Origin: Eledone cirrhosa
Lineage: Eukaryota
Length of the DNA stretch: 64,000 nucleotides
NCBI GenBank assembly: GCA_964016885.1
Contig: OZ024743.1
Location: 120,094,001-120,158,000, forward strand
Direction: 5' to 3'
Shown here: positions 45,572 through 59,409 of the stretch, piece after piece
Layout of the letters: each line of letters begins with the position of its first letter
Numbering within the stretch: position 1 is the stretch's first letter
Position numbers and translations under genes: made by a program
Notes under the pieces: model-generated
What the model saw: the letters and a program-made list of their open reading frames with translations, nothing else
What the model was told of the DNA's origin: nothing
The model's database searches: none

Positions 45572-47263
45572 GCCATGTCTCGAAAATAAGCCGTAGCAAA
45601 AATGAACGCCAAAAGAAAGAAATGGCCATTGACGCAATCAGCCATTATAGAACAGGATTGTATCTTAATGTAAAAGGAAAGGGGGAAGTGTGTGCAATCA
45701 ATATTGTTTATGCAAATGCGGGTACAAACTGGAAGTAATGGCTTATCAGTAACTTCGGGAGAGATCATTTTCAGCCCTAGACAAGATGAAAGGAAGGAAG
45801 AGTTATACAGTCGAGTACAAGAAAGGAATTGTGGAGGAATCACTGGGCAAGAATCTTGCTATTTTCTGCAAAGAAAAGAATCTGGATCTCCGAATGGTTC
45901 AAAGATGGAGAATGGACTACGATAAACTCAGTCAGGACATGGACGAGGGAAATGCAAAGAAACGTAAGCGTGGTCGACAACCGATATTTCTTGAGCTGGA
46001 AGACGCCATCTGTGAATGGATTGCTGAAAGAAGAGCCAGAGCTTTGGTTGTTCACAGGGCTGATATTCAAACATTTGCCCTTACAAATGCACTAGAATTT
46101 GGTATAGTTCCAGAAGAATTCAAAGCATCCAAACACTGGCTGGATAATTTCCTTCAGCGACACGAAGACAACACTGTTCAAACTGGACGATACTGAGATT
46201 ATTAAACGTGCACTCGCATTTAAGTCTTTTGTTGATTGAATAGACTTTTCTAACTACCGTCTCTCCAACATGATTGCTATGGATGAAACAGCAGTATTCA
46301 TGGGTCAAAGCTCTCAATCTACAATTGATCAAAGGGGTGTGTTGTCTTTTTACATTCCATCCACTGGTTACGAAAGTGCACGAATTACGTGTATCTTGGC
46401 AATTCGTATCGACGGAAGCAAAGCCCCACCTCTTATCATCACTAAAGGCAAGAAAGATAAAATTGAACGCGTTTCAGGTATCTGTGTTCTGGAAACTGAA
46501 AAGGCGTGGTGCACACAGGCAGTTTTAAGGAAGTGGGTCGATTTCATGCTGCCATTGATTTTGCGTGGAACCCAAGGTCTCATAGTCTGGGATTCAGCCA
46601 GCACGCACCGCGCCAAAGATATGAAGAACTTTCTTGCAGAAAGAAGAATCGATCAAATCATGATTCCCGCAGGAATGACCGCCTATCTCCAGACTCTTGA
46701 CATCGCACTGAATAAACCATTCAAGGACCATCTGCGCATGGAAATAAATGACTACATCGAAAACAGAATGGCGAGAAATGGGCGGGGAAATTTCGTGAAA
46801 CCCAGCCTTCAAGAGATCGTGACTTGGGCTGGATAAGAACTCTCCATTCAATTCGACCTCTATCGCTCAATATGAAAGACTAGGGACGAAAATTCTGCAG
46901 GCAATTGAGTCACAAGAAAATTCCACAGGAATCATTCAATCCACTGATTTGGAAAACAATGACATCCCAGAGCAGGATGACATGATTATTTTTTAATAAA
47001 TTAGTGGATTATTTCGCTCATGAGTTTTTGAATTAAAGGGTGTGTTAATTTTTAATGAATTTTATCTATCAAGTAAACTTTGCGCGTAAATGCCGATTGT
47101 TTTTTTTTTTTCGTAATTTCCAATCATTTAGCGAATTTGCAATTTTCAGTTTCGTAGTGTCGTTTTTTCGTTATATGAACACCCTCCCCCGAAAATAAGC
47201 CGTAGTGGTACATTTCGGAGTAATAATTAATAAAAGCCATGGCTTATAATCTGGGAAACAAGT
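45572..47263 (+). mobile_element. pogo/Tigger-like DNA transposon with pseudogenised transposase (45786-46836)
   Basis: N-terminal HTH/CENP-B-like region (RKSYTVEYK, FKASKHWLDNF) and DDE_1-type motifs (AMDET, VWDS..H, LQTLDIALNKPFKD). Frameshift and stop at ~46160-46240. GAAAATAAGCCGTAG subterminal motif at both ends; right end GGGAAACAAGTA. Confidence 0.85.
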
Positions 47264-48189
47264 ATATATATGAATATACGTGAGAAATCTCATAGCAAGA
47301 ACAGCCGTTAAAACAGCTAAATGCTGTCAAAGACAACGATGGGCAAAAATGCCTCGGAGGGCAGAGAACATATATACATACACACATACATATATAGAGA
47401 GATAGCAGACGGTCCCCGAATCTTCTTTAATCAGGAAGAATGAATAATTTTATTCTTCAGGTAGAATGAATAATTTTATTCTATAATTCTATATGCATTA
47501 AATATTAATCGATTTTTTTTTTATCTAATTGGATACTCATCAGAAGACATAATTCATTGGATGATATACACGTCTGCTGATTAGCATCCAATTTGATCTG
47601 AAAATCGATTAATAGTTAATGCAACACTTACAGAATTATTCATTCTGTCAAATTATACATCTGCTGCAGAATTATGTAACAGGATTACGTTGAACCCAAA
47701 CATATAATAGATCGAATATATCGTGTAAATTTCGCTTCAGGAATCGAACAACACATCTACCGCATGCCGGACAGCTGTGATAACTATTACACTATATCGA
47801 CCTGACAAACCTTTTACCACATAATTTAGAAATCTTGACAATTGACAAAAAATGTAAATAAGCTCGATATGTTTAGGAGGAAACCGAAGAACTTTGAAAT
47901 TTTGAAATCTGTTTACTTTTATTGCGAAAAGCTGCCACATTTTCATATATTAACTACAAAATGGTCGGTAAATTAGATAAATTACCTTTGAGTGAGAACG
48001 TGGCTAAACTTTATTTTCAGTAAGAGGTCCATTTTTGTAATGATATAGACTTGAACGTTAGTGTCAACGTTTTAGTGAAAATTGAATGTTGGAGTTGTTA
48101 ATTTAATGAATGCTTTGTGCATCATTATATATAGAATAAACCTTTTTATTAAAACATTTTATAAAATCTTTTTTCTCTCGTTCGTTATC

Positions 48190-48270
48190 TACGAGGGTCG
48201 GCTGAAAGGTTCATAGGCTAATACTCTCATGGAATGACCAAATGAGGTTCATTTTTCAACATAGTTCCTG
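48190..48270. mobile_element. Mariner-like TIR fragment
   Basis: TACGAGGGTCGGCTGAAAGGTTCATAG start. Confidence 0.45.
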
Positions 48271-50075
48271 GAAAGAAACAATGCAGTTATTAATAAGAGT
48301 TGAAATTAATGCATGCAGAATTTCATGGTTAACCTATGAACTTTCCAGCCATCCCTCGTAGAATAAACTTTTTTTATAAAATATTTTTTCTTCTTTCTCT
48401 CTTTCTTTCTTTTTTCTCGCCCGTTATCTATTTCTTTTATATTTCCCCCTCTTCTCATTCGACATTAGTAACATATCCTCTTTTCATGTACCTCATAAAC
48501 ACTCTACTGTTGTGCTGAGAGAAAGAGGGGGAGAGTGTGAGAGAGTAAGAGAGGTGCGTAAGAGAATGTGATATCCATGACGAGAAAGAAAGAGATAAAG
48601 AGAGAGAAAAGAAAAGAAGGAGGAATAAAAAACTGAGTGTGACGTCTCAAATAATATGCACGTTGAAATGCTTAATAGAATAAGGGAGAAAAAAGAATAG
48701 AAAAAGGAATAGAAAGATAGTGAAAGAGACACGTTAAGAGAAAGGTGGGAGAGAGAGGTGCAAGAAAAGAGTAGTAGAGAGAGTAAAGCAGAAAAATGGT
48801 TTATTTAAAATTTGAATCAACTTTACATTGCTCAGAAAACTTTATTTTACTTCTCTTCCCATTCCTTCTTTTGTCCAAATACCGTTTTGAGTGGAGACAT
48901 CTGTTTTCCTTGACCACCTTCCTACTCACCATCAACACAGAGCTGGTTAGCCGTCCCATTCCTTGTTTTGTTTCAATTACCGTTTTGAGTGGAGACCTCT
49001 GGCGTCCTTGGCCCTAGGACCACCTCCTTACTCACCACCACCGACGCACACACGCTTTCTCTCTCTTTCTCTTTCTTTCTATCGTTATGTATAACTCTTT
49101 TCTTCTCTCTCCCTTCCTCTTCCTATCATTACGTATATCTCTTTTCTCCCCCTTCCCCTCCCTCTCTCTATCGCCTTCTCACTCTCACCTTTTTCTACAG
49201 CTCATAGAAGTGTATCGGCATCTTTGGAACATTTTCTTATCCTCCAACTGCGGTTTAAACAATTTTTCGAATAGATTTATATTTCAAAAGTTTTGTTTTG
49301 TTTGTTTGTTGTTTTGTTAGGTGTGGAGGATGAGCTTTGTTCTGTTGGTGTTCAGTTTAAATTGTTGGAGGTCGACTCCTGCAAGAATAACATATGCAGG
49401 GAGAAAACTCCAGCGGGATGACATACATAGGTGGACAGGCTAGAAGTAGTCAGTACGTGGTCTGAGGTTTAGGACATTATTGGTTATAATGGGAGGATTG
49501 ATGAATGTATTTTTGTTTTTTGTTTTTTTTGTATGCATGTATATTCGTACGTGTGCATGCACACTAGCAACAGACCCCTCGTGGAGATCAATTGCTGAGT
49601 CGATTTTGGCTGAGGCCGCCGGATGATGATATATCAGGTGAAAAATAGATTATAAAACAAAAGAGGGTTGATGAAAATATTTTTTATTCTGGTGTTTTTT
49701 GTAATACACAGAGCACATATATTACAAGAACAAAATACATCCTGGTTACAAAATGGATGAATGTACCATTTAAAAAGATCATAAATAAAAGAACATGTGT
49801 ATTATATCTACCTACAAATTCTTAGAATATATTTCAAAAGCACCAGAATGAAAAACATCCTCCTCAACACCAAACTACAAATAAACCAACCACAGAACTT
49901 ACTTCAAATACATATGTAATATTCACATTTCTATATATACATAAACATTGTAAACTTCATGACGTCAAGATTTTTACGTAACTATGATCAACAATGAAGT
50001 AACTGGGTTTTTGCCATAATGATGTCATAACGGAAGATGGAAGAAAGTACACATGCACAAACACACACACACACT

Positions 50076-50111
<36 letters not shown>

Positions 50112-50113
<2 letters not shown>

Positions 50114-50301
50114 ATTGTTTCTACTTTAGGCACAAGGCCAGCAATTACCCAGTACATTACTGGTACTTTATTTTATCGACCCCGTAAGGATGAAAGGCAA
50201 AGTTAACCTCGGCGGGATTTGAACTCAGAATGTAAATGGACGTAACTATGATAGAGAGCATGGCGTCCAACCCTCTACCGATACTGCCAATTCACTGCCC
50301 T
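50112..50301 (-). mobile_element. tRNA-SINE (short variant)
   Basis: Full reverse complement of the family. Confidence 0.9.
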
Positions 50302-50414
50302 TATATATAATAAGAACAAAGAGGAGGTGTTACATAGAAGATTTATTGCTTAATCCTGGTTACAAATGTTTCCCAAGCAGCTGGCTCGTGATCTGGGATG
50401 ACACCCCCAGACAA

Positions 50415-52800
50415 TTTTACGTCCGCTTTTCCCTGCTTGCAAGGGTGGGACGGGTCTTAAGCACGACATCTCTCCATTCATCACGGTCCTTTGTCATCTC
50501 CTCCGTGAGCTTCAGCGATCTGAGGTCTGCTTTCACCACCTCTACCCATGTGTTTCGTGGTCTTCCTCTACTGCGTCTTCCTTCCACTGGGATTTCTTGG
50601 CACTTCTTCACCCAGCGGTCATCTTCCATGCGCATCACATGTCCATACCAACGCAGTTTTTTCTCCCGTACACTACAGCCTATCCCTCTTATACACAGTT
50701 TCTTTCTCAACTCGTCTATGCTTGGTCGTTCACGTACATTGACATTGCACATCCAATGAAGCATGCATGCTTCATTTCTCTCCAGCCGTCGCATATCTTC
50801 CACAGTTGCTGCCCATGTCTCAATACCATGCATCATCGCGCATCTCACGCAGGCATCATATAACCGGCCTTTCGTTCGTACGGAGAAACCCTACTTTGTC
50901 AATAGAGGAAGCAGCTCCCTAAACGTCTTCCAATCCGTCCTTATTCTGGATACTATGGCCTCCGCGCACCCACTTCCCATGCTAATCTGATCACCTAGGT
51001 GCTAGAAGCTATCAACCACCTCTATAGGCCCTACTCGCATTTGAAAAATGTGTCTATCACTGCGACTTCTACTGTCAAATTTCCCTGAACATCTACTGCA
51101 TATATAGTTTTCCTTACCTGTTAGTTTGCCTGGTATCCCATTACATCTCTTGTGTACCCAAGATCTGCATTGTGTACATTTTATGGAATTTATGTCAACT
51201 CCTTTTCTACATATTGAACATTGCCATTTCCTTGATGGAATCAGAGTTTTGTCCTCTTTGCTACTTATCAACACCTTTGTCTTAGCTCAGTCCTCTTTAT
51301 TCCAGCTGCTGTTTCCATAGCCAGAATTTATTCTCTAGCTCCTCTACTGATTATGCTATAAGTACCAGATCGTCAGCATAGAGAAGTTCCCATGGGCAGG
51401 CAGTCTTAAACTCCTCTGTTATGGCTTGGAGGACTATAATGAACAAGAGCGGGCTGAGGACCGAACCCTGATGTACTCCTACTTGTATCTTGGATTCCTC
51501 ACTAAACCCATTCCTACTCGCACTTTACTGACAGCACCCCTGTACATAGCTTGCATTGTCCTCACAAATCATTCCTCTACACCTAGTTTCCTTAAGGACC
51601 ACCATATGACAGATCGGGGTACTCTATCAAAGGCCTTCTCTAGGTCAACAAAATAGCTTGGTTGACGATGCGTGCAACCAGTTTAATTCCTACTTCTCCC
51701 GATGCCTTCAGCATCTCAGCAACTATCCCCGACGATCCAGCGGCCTTACCATTTTTCATTTCCTTAATTCCCTATTGGACCCTATAGTCGTCAATCTCAA
51801 TAGCTGGTCCCTCTGTTGGGTCTACCAAGGGTAGTTTCTCTCTCTCCCACTCGTTCTCAACATTCACCAGTCTCTCATAATGACATTTCCAGGCCTCCTT
51901 TTTCTGAGCATCAGTGACACTAGTGCACCCACATAATTCCGGACACATTTATCTCCAACAACATCTTGATTTACACTGACACACTGCCTTGCAATGCGGA
52001 ACACCGCCCGTCTCTGATCTTCTCGTCGCTGAACATTGGCAAACCTCCTACTCTCAGCTTCCCTGCGTGCTAAGTACACCTGACGTCTAGCTTCTCTTTT
52101 AGCGGATGTGTATCTAATGGCCCTATCTACTGTGCTGTCCCACCACCAGGTCACCCTCTGTCTCGTCGGAGCTCTGCTCCAGCCACAAGTTTCTTCAGTA
52201 GCCTGCAGTAAGTTGTCACGTAAGAAATTCCAGTTACCATTTTTGTCATACATCTTCTTTTTCGTCATACACATCTTGAAGGTCGAGGGTACATTCTTCC
52301 CCGGGGTATGCCTTAGTATTTGACACCATCTGTCTATCTCATTGCCTAACTACTGAAATTCTGTTACTGACTAACTACCTCTAAGTTTTATTGATCCACC
52401 TCTCAGCCAGTAAAATGCCTACCACACATAACGCATCATCATTTCCTACCCAGAAAAGTTTATAGTTAAGATATTTGCCTGCGATTAGTCTTGCTGAGGC
52501 ACCTCTCCATCTCACCTCTTGCACGCAGCACACATCTACATGTCTTCTCTCTAGCATTTCCACTATTTCACCAGATCTACCTGTCAGAGTGCCAATATTA
52601 AGTGTGGCAACTCTGAGATGCGACGTCTTTCTTTGAAATTTCTTCCTTTTCTGCAAAGAAAAATTGTTTATAATCATATTCTTGTTGTGCGATTGCTTGA
52701 TGACGGTCGGGGGGTTCTCGCACATGACCGCACTAGCCACCCCACTACCGTGCGCAGCCCTAACATGGTTAGTCTTATTGCTGTTTTACGCAGTTATTGC
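50415..52800 (-). mobile_element. RTE-clade LINE, internally deleted (APE start, RT, PHD-like finger, C-terminus)
   Basis: ATLNIGTL...CVQEVRW (APE); LYADDL at ~51365-51385; CSIC...CTQC..WVHKRC...CSRC; LRWYGHV...GRPR..W. Confidence 0.88.
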
Positions 52801-53147
52801 GATAGCTAATTGTTGTGCTCATAATTTTTGGCATTAATATATATATACTGGTTGGATGCCCTTCCTAACACCAACACCACTTTACAGCATGGACTGGGTG
52901 CTTTTATTCGTGCCACCATAAAAATATAAAAATAAGGAAATGAAGAGATATATCCACGTATACACAATCACACACACACACACGCACGTGCAGAAAATGC
53001 CTACGCACACACACTCTCATATGTAGAAATCGTACAAGTACATACATATACATACCCACATCCACTCACACATATATGCATCGAGCGCTGACTTTGGTTC
53101 TCTCAAGTTTTCTTCGGATTTACTGAACTTTCTATATATATTTTTTT

Positions 53148-54645
53148 TCTAGGGCGGGTAAAATTCCCGAGATCCAGGGACGAGTTCTCTCCAGTGGTCT
53201 CTGTCCCTCATTATCGCTGCCATGTCCTGTGTCTCCAACAGACCAGTGTCTGTCCTTAGGGCATCAACATACGTTAACCTTGGTCTTCCTCTTCCAGTGT
53301 GTCCATGTAGGGGCTCTCACAGGAGCACTGAGTGCTGCAATGTCAACTCTGGATATCGGTGAGCATGTCCAGCTAACCTCAGTCTCCTCTGTGTCACTTT
53401 TGAGCTCACTTTTGGGAGGCTCCCATACAGCTCTGAGTTTTTCATCCTCAGTGTATACTGATTAATGTTCAGAGCCATCCTCAGCATTCTCGTGTAGCAC
53501 CCATCCACCATCTGAGTGAGTTTCTTGGTCAGTGTCCAAGTCTCAGACCCGTACAGCAGCACAGATTCCACTACAGCAATGAAGAGGCGGCTTTTCCGGT
53601 CCTTACGAAGGTCCGACTTCCACACCGATCTCAAGCTGTGGCACACCGCCCAGGCCTTGCTCTTCCTCTCAACCACATCATCTTCCGTATTCCAAATCTT
53701 TGCTCCCAATTACAGGAAGTCCTCAACCAATTCTAGCGGCTTCCCGCCTACATTAGTGATCCTCTCTGGCTTCTCAACATTCTCTACCAGATATTTTGTT
53801 TTAGTCTCATTCATTCTCATCCCCACACTCATTGACACAGTCTCAACCTCCTGCATCAAATCCTCTGCCTCCTTCACTGTATTTGTCACCAAAACTATGT
53901 CGTCGGCAAATTCAGCATCTGATATCTTTGACTTGGGCTTTGGTGTTGGTGTAGAGCAGTGATATCAGGTCCACTATCTTCTTGGGGATTCCATAAGCCT
54001 CTAAGATCTTCATCAGGCAGTGACGGTCCATAGAATCAAAGGCCTTTCTAAAGTCAATGAAAACCATGACCGCAGGAAGGCACTTTGCTCTAGCTCCCTC
54101 TAATATCCTCCTCGGCATCAGGATGTGACTGGTGGTTGATCTTCCCTCTCTGAAGCCGTTCTGGTTGTCCCTGAGCTTCTTCTCCATCTCAGGCTGGATC
54201 CTGTTAAGAATCATCCGGTTGAGGGTCTTTGCCACAAGTGACGTCAGTGAGATCCCCCTGTAGTTGTTGGTGTTAGAGAGATCTCTCTTTGGCACTGGGA
54301 CGATGTTACTGATCCTCCACTGATTCGGGGCAACTCATTTCTCCAGTGCCTGGTTACAGAACCCCAGGATGATATCATCAAAATCACACCTCTTCATCAC
54401 CTCTGATACCACTCCATCTTCTCCATGAGCCTTGCCCTCCTTGGTCTTCTTCTTGGCTCTCTGGAGCTCCTCTCTGGTGAAGGGCTCTGTCTCAATATCC
54501 AGTTCTTCAAACAGCCGCCTGATCTTCCCAGTGCTCTGGGCTGTGGAGGGCGGCTCTCCTAGTAGGGTCCTAAAATGGTCTAGCCATTTCCTCTTCCTAT
54601 CCTCGGGCTCTGTTCCCTGGATCTGACTCGAACACCTTCTTCCTC

Positions 54646-54648
<3 letters not shown>
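53148..54648 (-). mobile_element. RTE/RTEX-like LINE, decayed RT to 3' end
   Basis: NYRGISL, QNGFR, FIDFRKAFDS, FADD (~53897-53912); 3' end matches 43005-43523. Confidence 0.88.
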
Positions 54649-54712
<64 letters not shown>

Positions 54713-54717
<5 letters not shown>

Positions 54718-54990
54718 AGCTGCAAATTTTTCAAAGAGTATTGCCATCGCTTCTCAAATTCAGATGTGTGACGCTCGGATATGGCTTTTCAAGCCTGCTA
54801 GAGACTTGCACTCCTTCGCACACTGACGACAACTATGGATCTCCCTGGCCTGAGGTCTTGCATCAGGTTGCCTGTGAACCCTCTCAATGCCGTGGAGATC
54901 ATAGTTCACTGGTGGTTCTCTTTGAGCATGGCTGCGAGATTATTGTTTTATTCAAATTGATGAACTGCTCAAGAGAAACATTTCCCAATT
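54713..54990 (-). mobile_element. RTE 3' end with C2H2 zinc finger
   Basis: Minus strand 54837-54760 encodes HSCRQCAKECKSLAGLKSHIRASHI*. Confidence 0.6.
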
Positions 54991-55353
54991 GAAGATATTG
55001 AAATATGTCCTTTAGTTATTATGACGTCATCACCTTCATTCTCACGTCATAAACTATCCCTCCCCCTCTCTCTCTCACACAGACACACACATTCTCTCTC
55101 TCTCACACACACGCATTCTCTCCCACACACACACTCTCTCTCACACACACACACACTCTCTCTCTCACACACTCTCTTTTCCTCTCTCACTCATACACAC
55201 ACTCTCTCTCTCTCTCACACACACACTCACTCTCACACACACACACACTCATTTCTTACCTTAGATATTTTCTGCGTTTGGGGAAACGTTCGTAAAACTA
55301 ATGAAATGGTATAAATTGTCCTTAAACTACTGATTGTTGGGTGTGTGTGTGTG

Positions 55354-55430
<77 letters not shown>

Positions 55431-55890
55431 CCATGATTCTTGTCGTAAAATGATATGTTGAAACAGATTGTATTTAGCTACTATAAAACTATATGTATGC
55501 TAGACTCCTTTTTCCACCGTGACACCATTTTGAAAAGAAAAATACGCGGCCTCGTAAAAACTATGCCAAGCTATACAAATATATTTGATTCACTTGTATA
55601 CTTTAGTTATCATAATCATCATCGGCGTTTAACGTCCATCTTCCACGCTAGCATGAGTTGGACGGGTTTGTCCCACTTGTATACTTTAGTATTTACAAAA
55701 AATGGATTGTACCTGTACTGTATTATTCTGAAATTCCCTGAGAACTATGTTATGAACAAAACTCAGCAACTTCAACATTAATTTCATGAGCCGGCCGTAC
55801 CATTGATTGGGTCAACTAGAACACCTAGTCATCAGAACCTCCTGAGGTCCAGTAACACAGCCATTACTACCACCACCACCACCATCACCA

Positions 55891-55924
<34 letters not shown>

Positions 55925-56029
55925 TGTCATCAGCAATGTTGCTGCCACCATCATCAGCATCATCCTTTTTACATTTGCTTTAACATTCTGCCATGGTTTG
56001 CACATGACATTCGATGTCATTAATGGTTT

Positions 56030-56238
56030 CTTACATAGTCACAAAGCCAAAAATTTAGGGGGTGGGTATGTCGATTATATCGACCCCAGTATTTGATTGA
56101 TACTTTATTTTATCGACCTCGAAAATATGAAAGGCGAAGTTCACCTCAGCGGGATTTAACCTCAAAATATAAAGAGCAGGAACAAATACTGCCGCACATT
56201 TGTCCGACACTCAAACGATTCTGCCAACCCACTGCCCT
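56030..56238 (-). mobile_element. Diverged tRNA-SINE (long variant)
   Basis: GTCGATTATATCGACCCCAG...TTTTATCGACC...GAAAGGCGAAG...CTGCCAACCCACTGCCC. Confidence 0.75.
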
Positions 56239-56329
56239 ATTTGATGTCATTAATACTTGCTGATTGAGTATAATTTTGAATATAAATAATTTAGTTCTGA
56301 CATATTTATTCATATATGACGGTGGAAAG

Positions 56330-57050
56330 ACCATGCCCCTCGGCGTTTATGTGCACCTCTAGCATGGATGTAACACTATGCATTATTTATTGGTTCATTG
56401 GTTTATTTATTATACTATCTAAAGTATCCCTGCAAAATTAAGCTTACAACCTTTTCATTCGAGTGTAGGACTTATTGCCTAAGCAGGTGGAAAGGCAGTA
56501 CCCATGGTATTTTCAGGAGCATTCAAGACCGGTGGGAAGTATCCTCAAACCAGAAATTTGGCTATCTCGAAAGCTTGCAAGAAGCACCCAAGATCAAGGT
56601 AGTGGTGGTAAACTGGGTGATTAATTACGCCCCCAAATAGGCCACAACAGTATTTGAAATTAGAACAGCGGAAGAAATAGAATGGCATCTTACCTGCCAC
56701 TTTAACGATTCCAGCAGTCCACTGACTTGAACTCTTTATTGATTCATTGACTAGTACTCCTACCAATTCATAGTACCAAGAGACGTGATATACAACCAAG
56801 AAGCAAGAACGGTTGGCAATGCTGCGAGCATATTGACTTGCCTCAAAGTATTTAGTTAAGCCCTGAGATGTGATGTGCTACAGATTGTCGAACTTGGTGG
56901 CAAAATGCCGCTGGCCCCCTTTTTTCTACTTTTATAATGTTTTTTTATCTCTCTTTTATGCGTTTATATTTGTATATATCATTTGTGTTTGTTTTCGTTC
57001 TGTAAGCATTATATTATTATATTTCTATACAACTGTGAATAAAAGATTTG
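56330..57050 (+). mobile_element. Highly decayed CRE-like LINE 3' fragment
   Basis: Terminal VGNAASIL (~56811-56835) and T-rich 3'UTR parallel to the other CRE copies. Confidence 0.35.
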
Positions 57051-57789
57051 GTAATCAAGAAAGGATAGTGGTAACTTGCATTTACAGTTCCGAACGATTT
57101 TTCAAATCATGTTGTTATTCTTGGACAGGAAATAATCTCATGATATTTTCCACAATGTGAAGGACAAGAACCACAGTACAAAGCCTTACATTCCTTTAGG
57201 AAAAAATGTCGGATTTTGTGACAATCCTGTGGTATAGCAAAAGTGAACAATTTTAATCAACAAAGAAACCAAACCAAGTCGTAGTGTTGATTCGGTAGTA
57301 AATTACACAAACACATAAAATATTCATTACTGGTTCAATCTGTTATCAAGACACATTTTAAATGTGACATAAAGATAGTTAAAGGACAAGATTTTATGTT
57401 ATCTTTTGTGCTAGCTTTCGGGTTATCATCTACCAGTGAGCGTTTTTAAATATATAAGCTAGCGTCCGTTGTGTTGTCATAACAACTAACGTTTGCATCA
57501 TGTCATGAATCTTGTACAATTCACATTTATTTTATTTTTTTGTTGTTTCGTTGTTTTTTTTTAGAAATATACAAGACTATATTACAAAACAAAGAACAAA
57601 TTTATATCACAATAGATAAAATGTATATACATTTCTTTACATATACAGAAAGAATGTTAACTCCACAGCTTACTCATTGGATTCCCACTTTAAAATAATC
57701 TACATTTCTTAATAATTAGAAGTATTTCAATTAAAACATTCAATATTAAGAAAGATATACACAAACAAATAAGAGGGGGGAACGACACG

Positions 57790-58530
57790 TTCATGTTACG
57801 GTCAATGAGAAATAACTCATAAAAATGCAAGTGTCTTTTGTGGTTATGAAAATAGAAAAGGAAGGGTAAGGCAAGGGCTCGAGGGTCACAGAAGGATGGG
57901 AAGAGGATGGGGTAGGTTGGTCGGCGCTAGGCCTAGGGCGCCGCGGAATTGGAGTGGGTGTTACAGCGGGTGGGGTGGGTGTTACAGCGGGAGGAGTGGG
58001 TGTTACAGCGGGTGGGTGGGTGTCACAGCGGGTGGGGAGGGTGTTACAGCGGGTGTCGCTGGCCATTGTCCCCAGGAATGCCTTTGCGGTCTTGTCCGCG
58101 AGGCGCAGCCCCAATTCCGCGGCGCCTCGTGGACAAGACCGCAAAGGCATTCCTGTGGACAATGGCCAGCAACACCCACTGTAACACCCACCCCTCCTCG
58201 CGGGGCTCCTTCTTCAAAAGAGCCGCCGACGTTCCGATCTTGCGAAGGAGTTCGGAAGTATGTGGTCCAAGTACGCCTGAGGTCTCGACGGCGACCGGTG
58301 CCAAGAAGACGCGGCCGGACAATCCCCGGGGTTCCTGGCCGAAGCGACTAATTCGTGGCGTCCTAGATGAGGGATTTAACCCATTCGAATAGGAAGAGGG
58401 TAATTCCGTCGAAGCCCTTGGCGTCTCCACGGTCGAGGCCTGCTGGCTCCAGTTGTAATGGGAAGCCAGCTGCGTCCAGGCTCCTTCTCAATATGTCGTT
58501 GAGAGTTGTTTATTTCAATAAAGGATGTAT
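57790..58530 (-). mobile_element. CRE-clade (restriction-like endonuclease) LINE 3' end, rearranged
   Basis: DILRRSLDAAGFPLQLEPAGL...DGITL..., PVAVETSGVLG...LAIVHRNAFAVL; homologous to 60800-61240. Confidence 0.75.
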
Positions 58531-59409
58531 TTGTCGTTCTGAAATATATAAATAAAATACAGAGGTATGATAAATCTAACAGTAATTTAACATTTTGTAT
58601 AAGAACAGACTGTTGGCTATATGTTTCATATAGATTTAGGCCATATCCAAAAGTAACAATATATCCAAATATATGTGGTGTATTGCCGTATATATTCTGG
58701 TTTCTTGTGTTTTTTAATACAAATACCGCCGAGGTCAATTTTATTTTCATTCTTCCAGAGTCGATAAAGTACTGATCAAGTTCGATGGACTAGTGTAGTG
58801 ATGAGAGCCAGAGTGGAAGTTTTTTTTTAGGGGGGGGGAGTCTAATTTGTTGCCAGTATTCGGATAAGGCCTGTGGTTTGAAGATAACTTCAACTTTTTC
58901 TAAACTCCAAAATCTTTCCAACTTCTTCTACCAGTCGTGAAGAACCCTAAAAAGGATCATGGGCACTGTTTCTCCTCCTAAGTATTAAAAAAACCTTTTT
59001 ACTAATGTACATCTACACACACACATATAAACATATTCATACACACACACACACACATGCTCATGCACTCATACACAAACTCATGCGCACACGCAGACGC
59101 GTGTGTATGTGTGTGTGTGCATGTATGTATATATGAGAGTGTATGTGTGAGTGTGCGTATGCATTATCTATATGTATATAGAAACCGTGTTTATGTTTAC
59201 GATGACAACAGAAAATTGGTGATTTATAGTTACGTCATGAGAAGATTTCAAGTTGAAATATTTGTTGTTGTTGCTGTCATTGTTCGGATGGCTAAACCTG
59301 GCCGTTTCCTCTTCCTCTCCTCTCACTTCACGGCATTGATCAACGTCGTGGCTCGCTGGCTAAAAATCTCAAATTAATGAATCTCACAACTTAACTATTA
59401 TTATCACAG

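Noticed and set aside
49655-49875. Imperfect ~35-bp inverted repeat (possible MITE)
   Set aside because: Single, AT-rich and degenerate, with no TSD visible.
54760-54837. Host C2H2 zinc-finger exon
   Set aside because: A single finger followed by a LINE-type tail, with a decayed homologue at ~3110-3210.
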